Source: Haplodiscus bocki (lineage: Eukaryota). Taken from it: a stretch of DNA of 64,000 nucleotides. The first letter of the stretch is position 1; every line of letters begins with the position of its first letter. The DNA is taken from contig OZ296649.1 in NCBI GenBank assembly GCA_965655095.1, positions 148,862,001-148,926,000 on the forward strand. Direction: 5' to 3'. Of this stretch, positions 39,601 through 51,400 are shown one piece after another. Under the pieces are notes generated by a model that was given only the letters and a program-made list of their open reading frames with translations, was not told where the DNA came from and searched no databases. The position numbers and the translations under genes are program-made.

Positions 39601-40943
39601 TCAGAGGAGTTGAAAATTGGAGAGAGTGGTATCTATGAAATTTAAAGAGTCGGTTAATTATTTTGTATTTTTTAGTAAAATACCGATATGGAAAGTGTTC
39701 AAAAATTAGAGAGACCGGTTACTTGAACGGAATCTAGTAACCTAGCAAAGAAGAAATGAACGGTTGAAGAGATGCATCTTGATGAGTTTGTTAATTTTCA
39801 TATAACTGTGAGATAGAATCTTTAAATGTTAAGAAGCAGGAAGAGATATTTTTGTTGTTCGTCAAGTATCAACAAGAGAGCTTTTGTTGCTTTTAAGTAC
39901 CAGCTGAATGAGTCGAAGATTAGCGAAGAATGAAGAGCAGAAATTATTCAGCTTAAATATTTTGCAGTTAAAATCTAATGATTGGTTGAGGACTTCGTAC
40001 CATGGCATTTTGATGGCTAGCGAGTTTGACTTGGGAGGTGATCTAAGGTTCTAGAAAGTTGTTTTGAATTCTGAAGCGTATATCGATTATAAAATGCCGC
40101 AGAACGAGTTCAAAGAGTATCTATCGAAAACAACAATATTCGTACCGGTGCAATCCCAACGCTCGGTTAGTAACTCCGTCAAAAAACGATCTGATTGGTA
40201 GGCGAATTTCATAAGAGAGATAAATGTAGGTTCTAAGAAACTGTTTGGGTTTTTGAATAGTTTATTAGTCTTTCAAAATCTCGGAAAACGAAGTCAAAAC
40301 ATCTAAAAAAATGAAAGTTTATTTTGCTTTGATATGCGGTGTAGTTATGAACAGACAAAGAGATTATTTGGAAAGACAACAATTTTAAAAAACAGAGGCT
40401 GTCTAAACTGATTTGAGCTATTTTTATCCCGAGTGAAAATAATATTTAGATGGAGGTATATGGGTCCGGTAGTCTTTGACAGGTCGTCGAAGACGGCGGG
40501 TTGTTCGGGATTGAGAATATACGGAAGTTTGGGAAGATGTTGCGCCTAGTGGAGGCGCTGTTGGTGTTATGGTATCAGTTTGAAATGTATTTGCTTGATC
40601 ATTCAGCGTAGTAGGCGGTTGTTGAGAATTATCAAAGATTAATGGAGACGACGTGCCGTCATCAGTGGAATTTATCGATGTTTGGTGCCTGTCAGTCAAA
40701 AAGAAATCTGGTGTAGTCTCGTTGCCAGAATCTTCTAGCGAATCGCAAGGTAATCGCTCGGGTGCACATATTTCACCGGCCGGGTTAAAGGAGGATATGG
40801 TTATATGTGGCTTGAAAAAAAACCGTTTTATATTGTTGAACAAGTTTTTCAAAATGAGGGACAACGGGATAGAATGGGATCAAATGGTTTCGGTGTGCGA
40901 ACAAAACATTTCCTTGATGTCACAGTAACTGATATTTCATATT

Positions 40944-41586
40944 TTACCCGACGCATTGTATTTGTAGAACCGTCTGAAATCCATGACTTATATTGTGATT
41001 GAGGGCTGTAGACCCATACACCATAAAAATCTTGATCCAATGGGGTGGCTTGCATGGAACTTTGAATACGAATGAGATAATTTTGCGGTCCTAAATCAGT
41101 TAAGAAAACAATAGTTTGAGGAGATTGTATGGTTCGGTTAGACCGTGGACCGGAAAGTTCCAAAAGAAAGCTGGCATGACTCTGACAGCCATTCTTAGTA
41201 ACAGCATGATACCTAACCAGTGTGCTCGGATAGTAACTTTGTCGATCATGTTATTGGTTAGTCTTAGTATTGTAGACATATATTTTAGTTGTTTTTGTAT
41301 ATGAGAGGGAACATTGGTAAGCTAAGACAGTAGTTGCCTTTGCTCTGATAAACAAATCAACACGTGGTTTATTGTAGGCAACGTCATGTGGATTTGTACT
41401 ACAATCATCAAGTCGATTAAGGTTAAACCGGCGTACGTTGAGACGTTCTCGACAAAAATAAAAAATTGCCAATATGTTGTTTATTTCGTCTTGATTGACA
41501 GTGTGAGTTTGATTTTCAAGAGGTTCGTCGTTCAGGAGAGGGAACTGGAGAGCTAAAAAGAGATGGAGTATGATAATATTGAACAT
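40944..41586 (-). pseudogene. env-like glycoprotein 5' fragment (~214 codons, one internal TAA, truncated at the unit junction)
   Basis: ATG at 41586 is followed by a hydrophobic signal-peptide-like MFNIIILHLFLALQFP and spaced cysteines (YFC...DDC...YQC...NGC). ORFs 41251..41586 and 40849..41163 are in the same frame, separated only by TAA at 41251-41253. It lies downstream of pol. Confidence 0.65.
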
Positions 41587-41921
41587 GGATTATTAAAGGT
41601 AGGAGTTCCACGAGGAGTGCAAGTAGATGGATCAAAATTAAATTTTAGGCTGGCACAAACAAACGAGGCATGTGAGGTTCTATAGGTTATATCTGAGCAG
41701 AAAAGTGGAACGGGACGAACATATAAGCTTTTAAAACAAACGCGAATGGAGAACTGAATTTCTAAATTGGGTTTACAAAGGTTGGCAATTTCCTCAGTCT
41801 TTTTTGCGGGAGTAAGACTTAAAGAGCGATTTATATTAACAATGCCATCGGATTCGAGAGTGTTATCAAGATAAAATCCAGTAGAAAGAAAATTAAAGGA
41901 CTGTGCGTTTTGATGGGTATT

Positions 41922-42488
41922 TCAAAAGTTCTGGAGAGAGGAAGGTAATTCATGTGATGAATTTAAACTGAAACATTGAATGTGACGTTCGAGACAAGTA
42001 GTCGTATCCAAAGATGTATGCTCAAGGGATGTAGGATTGATTAAATTATGGACTGGACGAGGAAAAAGGTCAGTAGTTGACAATAATGCAATATTTAATT
42101 TACGAGACGGGTTAGTAAATGGTGTAGAAGGTGAACGAGAGGTAAGTGGTGTATTAGATTGGCGAGCAATGAACATAGTTTGTGAGTTTGTTAGTTGTGT
42201 TAAATTACTTGGAGACATTACAATTATAGTTCCTCCGATAAGGGAAAAAGTACGAAAAAATTTAGTACTTCCAGTAATATTGAAATCATCATCAGATAAA
42301 GTTATGGCATCATAAGAAAGGATTATGGTATCGTTAAATTCGTTTCCTGGGAGAATATCGGGGAGTGGTCTATTTGGTAAAATATTCTGGTTAAGATATG
42401 GTGAAGCAATTTTTGAAAAGAAGAAAAAACTACCTTTGTGAGATGAAACGTGAATAAAAGGTTTGAATTTCGTTGTTTGAAGGCTCAA
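41922..42488 (-). pseudogene. ORF B N-terminal part, truncated by TGA (U14; near-identical copy at 44879..45445)
   Basis: 188 codons nearly identical to 35693..36628 up to the CGA/TGA polymorphic codon. Confidence 0.55.
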
Positions 42489-45400
42489 AGATCAGAGGAG
42501 TTGAAAATTTGAGAGAGTGGTATCTATGAAATTTAAAGAGTCGGTTAACTATTTTGTATTTTTTAGTAAAATACCGATATGGAAAGTGTTCAAAAACTAG
42601 AGGGACCGCTTTTTTGAAGGAAATCTAGTAGCTTAGCAAAGAAGAAATGAACGATTGAAGAGATTCATCTTGATGAGTTTGTTAAATTTCAAATAACTGA
42701 GATACAATCTTTAAATGTTAAGAAGCAGGAAGAGATATTTTTGTTGTTCGTCAAGTATCAACAAGAGATATTTTGTTGTTTGTTAAATAGCAGCAAGAGA
42801 GCTTCTGTTAATTGTCAAGTAGTAGCAAGAGAGCTTTTGTTGATTTCATGTACCAGCTGAATGAGTCGAAGATAAGCGATGAATGAAGAGAAGAAATTAT
42901 TCAGCTAAACTATTTTGCAGTGGAAAATCTAATGATTGATTGATGACTTCGTATCATGGAAATTTGTTGGCTAGCAGCGAGTTTGACTTGGGAGGTAACT
43001 TAACGTTCTAGAAAGTTGTTTTGAATTCCGAAGCGTATATCGATTATAAAATGTCGAGGATCGAGTTCAAAGAGTATCTATCGAAATCAACAATATTCGT
43101 ACCGGTGCAATCCCAACGCTCGGTTGGTAACTCCGTCAAAAAACGATTTGATAGGTAGGCGAGTTTCATAAGAGAGATAAATGTAGGTTCTAAGAAACTG
43201 TTTCGATTTTTGAATAGTTTATTAGTCTTTCAAAATGTCGGAGAATGAAGTCAAAACATCTACAAAACTGAAAGTTTAATTTGTTTTGATAGGCGGTGTA
43301 GTTATGAACAGACAAAGGGATTATTTGGAAGGATAATAATTTTGAAAAACAGACCCTGTCTAAACTGATTTGAGCTATTTTTATCCCGAGTGAAAATAAT
43401 ATTTAGATGGAGGTATATGGGTGCGTTAGTCTTTGACAGGTTGTCGTCGAAGACGGCGGGTTGTTCGGGATTGATAATATCCGGAAGTTTGGGAAGATGT
43501 TGCGCTTACTGGAGGCGCTGTTGGTGTGATGGTCTCAGTTTGATTGGTATTTGCTTGATCATTCAGCGTAGTAGGCGGTTTTTGAGAATTATCAAAGATT
43601 AATGGAGACGAAGTGTCGTCATCAGTGGAATTTATCGAGCTTTGCTGCCTGTCAGTCAAAAAGAAATCTGGTGTAGCCTCGTTCCCAGAATATTCTAGCG
43701 AATCGTAAAGTAATCGCTCGCGTGCATATATTTCGCCGGCTAGGTTAAACGAGGATATGGTTATATGTGGCTTGAAAAAAAACCGTTTTATACTGTTGAA
43801 AAAGTTTTTCTAAATGGAGGACAACAGGATAAAACGGGATCAAATGGTTTCGGTGTGCGAACAAAACATTTCCTTGATGTGACAGTAACTGATATTTCAC
43901 ATTTTACCCGACGCATTGTATTTGTAGAACCGTCTGGAATCCATGATTTATATTGTGATTGAGGGCTGCAGACCCATACACCATAAAAATCTTGATCCAA
44001 TGGGGTGGCGGCTTGCATGGAACTTTGAATACGAATGAGATAATTTTGCTGTCCTGAATCAGTTAAGAAAACAGTAGTTTGAGGAGATTGCATGGTTCGG
44101 TTAGATCGTGAAAGTTCCAAGAGAAAGCTGACATGACTCTGACAGCCATTCTTAGTAACAGCATGATACCAAACCAGTGTGCTCGGATAGTAACTTTGTC
44201 GATCATGTTATTGGTTAGTCTTAGTATTGTAGACATATATTTTAGTTGTTTTTGTATATGAGAGGGAACATTGGTAAGCTAAGACAGTAGTTGCCTTAGC
44301 TCTGATAAACAAATCAACACGTGGTTTATTCTAGGCAACGTCATGTGGATTTGTACTACAATCATCAAGTCGATTAAGGTTAAACCGGCGTACGTTAAGA
44401 CGTTCTCGACAATAATAATGAATTGCCAATATGTTGTTAATTTGGTCTTGATTGACAGTGTGAGTTTGATCTTCAAGAGGTTCGCCGTTCAGGAGAGAAA
44501 ACTGGAGAGCTGAGAAGAGCCGGAGTATGATAATCTTGAAAATGGATTTAAAAAGGTAGCAGTTCCACGAGGAGTGCAAGTAGATGGATCAAAATTAAAT
44601 TTTAGGCTGGCACAAACAAACGAGGCATGTGAGGTTCTATAGGTTATATCTGAGCAGAAAAGTGGAACGGGACGAACATATAAGCTTTTAAAACAAACGC
44701 GAATGGAGAACTGAATTTCTAAATTGGGTTTACAAAGGTTGGCAATTTCCTCAGTCTTTTTTGCGGGAGTAAGACTTAAAGAGCGATTTATATTAACAAT
44801 GCCATCGGATTCGAGAGTGTTATCAAGATAAAATCCAGTAGAAAGAAAATTAAAGGACTGTGCGTTTTGATGGGTATTTCAAAAGTTCTGGAGAGAGGAA
44901 GGTAATTCATGTGATGAATTTAAACTGAAACATTGAATGTGACGTTCGAGACAAGTAGTCGTATCCAAAGATGTATGCTCAAGGGATGTAGGATTGATTA
45001 AATTATGGACTGGACGAGGAAAAAGGTCAGTAGTTGACAATAATGCAATATTTAATTTACGAGACGGGTTAGTAAATGGTGTAGAAGGTGAACGAGAGGT
45101 AAGTGGTGTATTAGATTGGCGAGCAATGAACATAGTTTGTGAGTTTGTTAGTTGTGTTAAATTACTTGGAGACATTACAATTATAGTTCCTCCGATAAGG
45201 GAAAAAGTACGAAAAAATTTAGTACTTCCAGTAATATTGAAATCATCATCAGATAAAGTTATGGCATCATAAGAAAGGATTATGGTATCGTTAAATTCGT
45301 TTCCTGGGAGAATATCGGGGAGTGGTCTATTTGGTAAAATATTCTGGTTAAGATATGGTGAAGCAATTTTTGAAAAGAAGAAAAAACTACCTTTGTGAGA

Positions 45401-48400
45401 TGAAACGTGAATAAAAGGTTTGAATTTCGTTGTTTGAAGGCTCAAAGATCAGAGGAGTTGAAAATTTGAGAGAGTGGTATCTATGAAATTTAAAGAGTCG
45501 GTTAACTATTTTGTATTTTTTAGTAAAATACCGATATGGAAAGTGTTCAAAAACTAGAGGGACCGCTTTTTTGAAGGAAATCTAGTAGCTTAGCAAAGAA
45601 GAAATGAACGATTGAAGAGATTCATCTTGATGAGTTTGTTAAATTTCAAATAACTGAGATACAATCTTTAAATGTTAAGAAGCAGGAAGAGATATTTTTG
45701 TTGTTCGTCAAGTATCAACAAGAGATATTTTGTTGTTTGTTAAATAGCAGCAAGAGAGCTTCTGTTAATTGTCAAGTAGTAGCAAGAGAGCTTTTGTTGA
45801 TTTCATGTACCAGCTGAATGAGTCGAAGATAAGCGATGAATGAAGAGAAGAAATTATTCAGCTAAACTATTTTGCAGTGGAAAATCTAATGATTGATTGA
45901 TGACTTCGTATCATGGAAATTTGTTGGCTAGCAGCGAGTTTGACTTGGGAGGTAACTTAACGTTCTAGAAAGTTGTTTTGAATTCCGAAGCGTATATCGA
46001 TTATAAAATGTCGAGGATCGAGTTCAAAGAGTATCTATCGAAATCAACAATATTCGTACCGGTGCAATCCCAACGCTCGGTTGGTAACTCCGTCAAAAAA
46101 CGATTTGATAGGTAGGCGAGTTTCATAAGAGAGATAAATGTAGGTTCTAAGAAACTGTTTCGATTTTTGAATAGTTTATTAGTCTTTCAAAATGTCGGAG
46201 AATGAAGTCAAAACATCTACAAAACTGAAAGTTTAATTTGTTTTGATAGGCGGTGTAGTTATGAACAGACAAAGGGATTATTTGGAAGGATAATAATTTT
46301 GAAAAACAGACCCTGTCTAAACTGATTTGAGCTATTTTTATCCCGAGTGAAAATAATATTTAGATGGAGGTATATGGGTGCGTTAGTCTTTGACAGGTTG
46401 TCGTCGAAGACGGCGGGTTGTTCGGGATTGATAATATCCGGAAGTTTGGGAAGATGTTGCGCTTACTGGAGGCGCTGTTGGTGTGATGGTCTCAGTTTGA
46501 TTGGTATTTGCTTGATCATTCAGCGTAGTAGGCGGTTTTTGAGAATTATCAAAGATTAATGGAGACGAAGTGTCGTCATCAGTGGAATTTATCGAGCTTT
46601 GCTGCCTGTCAGTCAAAAATAAATCTGGTGTAGTCTCGTTCCCAGAATATTCTAGCGAATCGTAAAGTAATCGCTCGCGTGCATATATTTCGCCGGCTAG
46701 GTTAAACGAGGATATGGTTATATGTGGCTTGAAAAAAAACCGTTTTATACTGTTGAAAAAGTTTTTCTAAATGGAGGACAACAGGATAAAACGGGATCAA
46801 ATGGTTTCGGTGTGCGAACAAAACATTTCCTTGATGTGACAGTAACTGATATTTCACATTTTACCCGACGCATTGTATTTGTAGAACCGTCTGGAATCCA
46901 TGATTTATATTGTGATTGAGGGCTGCAGACCCATACACCATAAAAATCTTGATCCAATGGGGTGGCGGCTTGCATGGAACTTTGAATACGAATGAGATAA
47001 TTTTGCTGTCCTGAATCAGTTAAGAAAACAGTAGTTTGAGGAGATTGCATGGTTCGGTTAGATCGTGAAAGTTCCAAGAGAAAGCTGACATGACTCTGAC
47101 AGCCATTCTTAGTAACAGCATGATACCAAACCAGTGTGCTCGGATAGTAACTTTGTCGATCATGTTATTGGTTAGTCTTAGTATTGTAGACATATATTTT
47201 AGTTGTTTTTGTATATGAGAGGGAACATTGGTAAGCTAAGACAGTAGTTGCCTTAGCTCTGATAAACAAATCAACACGTGGTTTATTCTAGGCAACGTCA
47301 TGTGGATTTGTACTACAATCATCAAGTCGATTAAGGTTAAACTGGCGTACGTTAAGACGTTCTCGACAAAAATAATGAATTGCCAATATGTTGTTTATTT
47401 CGTCTTGATTGACAGTGTGAGTTTGATCTTCAAGAGGTTCGTCGTTGAGGAGAGAGAGAATGTGAGGGAACTGGAGAGCTAAGAAGAGCTGGAGTATGAC
47501 AATTGTGAACAAGGATTATAAAAGGTAGCAGTTCCACGAGGACTGCAAGTAGATGGATCAAAAACAAATTTCAGGCTTCAATAAACGAGGCAGGTGAGGT
47601 TCTATAGGTTATACCTGGGCAGAAAAGTGGAACGGGACTAACATATAATCTTTTAAAACAAACGCAAATGGAGAACTGAATTTCTAAATTGGGTTCATAA
47701 AGGATAGCAATTTCCTTAGTCTTTTTTGCGGGACTAAGACTTAAAGAGCGATTTATATTAACAATGCCATCGGAATCAAGAGTGTTATCAAGATAAAATC
47801 CAGTAGAAAGAAAATTAAAGGACTGTGCGTTTTGATGGGTATTTCAAAAGTTCTGGAGAGAGGGAGGTAAGTTATGTGATGAATTTAAACTGAAACATTG
47901 AATGTGACGTTCGAGACAAGTAGTCGTATCCAAAGATGAATGCTCAAGAGAGGTAGGATTAATTAAATCATGAATTGGACGAGGAAAAAGGTCAGTAGTT
48001 GACAATAATGCAATATTTAAATTACGAGACGGGTTAGTATTGGGTGTAGAAGGTGAACGAGAGGTAAGTGATGTAGTAGATTGGCGAGGAATGAACATAG
48101 TTTGTGAGTTTGTTAGTTGTGTTAAATTACTAGGAGACATTACAATTATAGTTCCTCTGATAGAGGAAAAAGTACGAAAAAACTTAGTACTTCCAGTGTT
48201 ACTGAAATCATCGTCAGATAAAGTTATGGCATCATAAGAAAGGATTATGGTATCGTTAAATTCGTTTCCTGGGAGAATATCGGGGAGTGGTCTACTTGGT
48301 AAAATATTCTGGTTACGATATGGTGAAGCAATTTTTGAAAAAATTAAAAAACTACCTATGTGAGATGAAACGTGAAGAAGAGGTTTGAATTTCGTTGTTT

Positions 48401-51400
48401 GGGGGCTGATAGATCACAGGAGTTGAAAATTGGAGAGAGTGGTATCTATGAAATTTAAAGAGTCGGTTAACTATTTTGTATTTTTTAGTAAAATACCGAT
48501 ATGGAAAGTGTTCAAAAACTAGAGGGACCGCTTTTTTTGAAGGAAATCTAGTAGCTTAGCAAAGAAGGAATGAACGATTGAAGAGATTCATCTTGATGAG
48601 TTTGTTAATTTTCAAATAACTGTGAGATACAATCTTTAAATGTTAAGAAGCAGCAAGAGAGATTTTTTTGTTCGTCAAGTATCAACAAGAGATATTTTGT
48701 TGTTTGTTAAATAGCAGCAAGAGAGCTTCTGTTATTTGTCAAGTAGTAGCAAGAGAGCTTTTGTTGATTTCATGTACCAGCTGAATGAGTCGAAGATAAG
48801 CGATGAATGAAGAGAAAAAATTATTCAGCTAAACTATTTTGCAGTGGAAAGCCTAATGAGTGGTTGAGGACTTCGTATCATGGAATTTTATTGGCTAGCA
48901 GCGAGTTTGACTTGGGAGGTAACTTAACGTTCTAGAAAGTTGTTTTGAATTCCGAAGCGTATATTGGTTATAAAATGCCGCAGAACGAGTTCAAAGAATA
49001 TCTATCGAAAGCAACAATGTTCGTACCGGTGCAATCCCAATGCTCGGTTGGTAACTCCGTCAAAAAACGATTTGATAGGTAGGCGAGTTTCACAAGAGAG
49101 AAAAATGTAGGTTCTAAGAAACTGTTTGGATTTTTGAATAGTTTATTAGTCTTTCAAAATGTCGGAGAATGAAGTCAAAACATCTACAAAACTGAAAGTT
49201 TAATTTGTTTTGATAGGCGGTGTAGTTATGAACAGACAAAGGGATTATTTGGAAGGATAATAAATTTGAAAAACAGAGCCTGTCTAAACTGATTTGAGCT
49301 ATTTTTATCCCGAGTGAAAATAATATTTAGATGGAGGTATATGGGTGCGGTAGTCTTTGACAGGTTGTCGTCGAAGACGGCGGGTTGTTCGGGATAGATA
49401 ATATCCGGAAGTTTGGGAAGATGTTGCGCTTACTGGAGGCGCTGTTGGTGTTATGTTATCAGTTTGATTGGTATTTGCTTGATCATTCAGCGTAGTAGGC
49501 GGTTGTTGAGAATTATCAAAGATTAATGGAGACGAAGTGTCGTCATCAGTGGAATTTATCGAGGTTTGCTGCCTGTCAGTCAAAAAGAAATCTGGTGTAG
49601 TCTCGTTCCCAGAATCTTCTAGCGAATCGCAAAGTAATCGCTCGCGTGCATATATTTCGCCGGCTAGGTTAAACGAGGATATGGTTATATGTCGCTTAAA
49701 AAACCGTTTTATATTGTTGGAAAAGTTATTCTAAATGGGGGACAACGGGATAAAATGGGATCAAATGGTTTCGGTGTGCGAAATAAACATTTCCTTGATG
49801 TGACAGTACCTGATATTTCACATTTTACTCGACGCATTGTATTTGTAGAACCGTCTGGAATCCATGATTATTATTGTGATTGAGGGCTGTACACCCATAC
49901 ACCATAAAAATCTTGATCCAATGGGGTCGCTTGCATGGAACTTTGAATACGAATAAGATAATTTTGCTGTCCTGAATCAGTTAAGAAAGCAATAGTTTGA
50001 GGAGATTCCATGGTTCGGTTAGACCGTGGACCGGAAAGTTCCAAGAGAAAGCTGACATGACTCTGATAGCCATACCTAGTAACAGCATGATACCTAACCA
50101 TTGTCCTCGGATAGTAACTTTGTCGATCACGTTAATGTTTAGTCTTAGTATTGTATACATAAATTTTAGTCGTTTTTTGTATATGAGAGGGAACGTTGTT
50201 AAGCTAAGACAGTAGTTGCCTTAGCTCTGATAAAACAAATCACCACGCGGCTTATTGTAGGCCACGTCATGTGGATTTGTACTACAATCATCAAGTCGAT
50301 TAATGTTAAACCGGCGTACGTTAAGACGTTCTCGACAAAAATAATGAATTGCCAATATGTTGTTTATTTCGTCTTGATTGACAGTGTGAGTTTGATCTTC
50401 AAGAGGTTCGTCGTTGAGGAGAGAGAGAATGTGAGGGAACTGGAGAGCTAAGAAGAGCTGGAGTATGACAATTGTGAACAAGGATTATAAAAGGTAGCAG
50501 TTCCACGAGGACTGCAAGTAGATGGATCAAAAACAAATTTCAGGCTTCAATAAACGAGGCAGGTGAGGTTCTATAGGTTATACCTGGGCAGAAAAGTGGA
50601 ACGGGACTAACATATAATCTTTTAAAACAAACGCAAATGGAGAACTGAATTTCTAAATTGGGTTCATAAAGGATAGCAATTTCCTTAGTCTTTTTTGCGG
50701 GACTAAGACTTAAAGAGCGATTTATATTAACAATGCCATCGGAATCAAGAGTGTTATCAAGATAAAATCCAGTAGAAAGAAAATTAAAGGACTGTGCGTT
50801 TTGATGGGTATTTCAAAAGTTCTGGAGAGAGGGAGGTAAGTTATGTGATGAATTTAAACTGAAACATTGAATGTGACGTTCGAGACAAGTAGTCGTATCC
50901 AAAGATGAATGCTCAAGAGAGGTAGGATTAATTAAATCATGAATTGGACGAGGAAAAAGGTCAGTAGTTGACAATAATGCAATATTTAAATTACGAGACG
51001 GGTTAGTATTGGGTGTAGAAGGTGAACGAGAGGTAAGTGATGTAGTAGATTGGCGAGGAATGAACATAGTTTGTGAGTTTGTTAGTTGTGTTAAATTACT
51101 AGGAGACATTACAATTATAGTTCCTCTGATAGAGGAAAAAGTACGAAAAAACTTAGTACTTCCAGTGTTACTGAAATCATCGTCAGATAAAGTTATGGCA
51201 TCATAAGAAAGGATTATGGTATCGTTAAATTCGTTTCCTGGGAGAATATCGGGGAGTGGTCTACTTGGTAAAATATTCTGGTTACGATATGGTGAAGCAA
51301 TTTTTGAAAAAATTAAAAAACTACCTATGTGAGATGAAACGTGAAGAAGAGGTTTGAATTTCGTTGTTTGGGGGCTGATAGATCACAGGAGTTGAAAATT

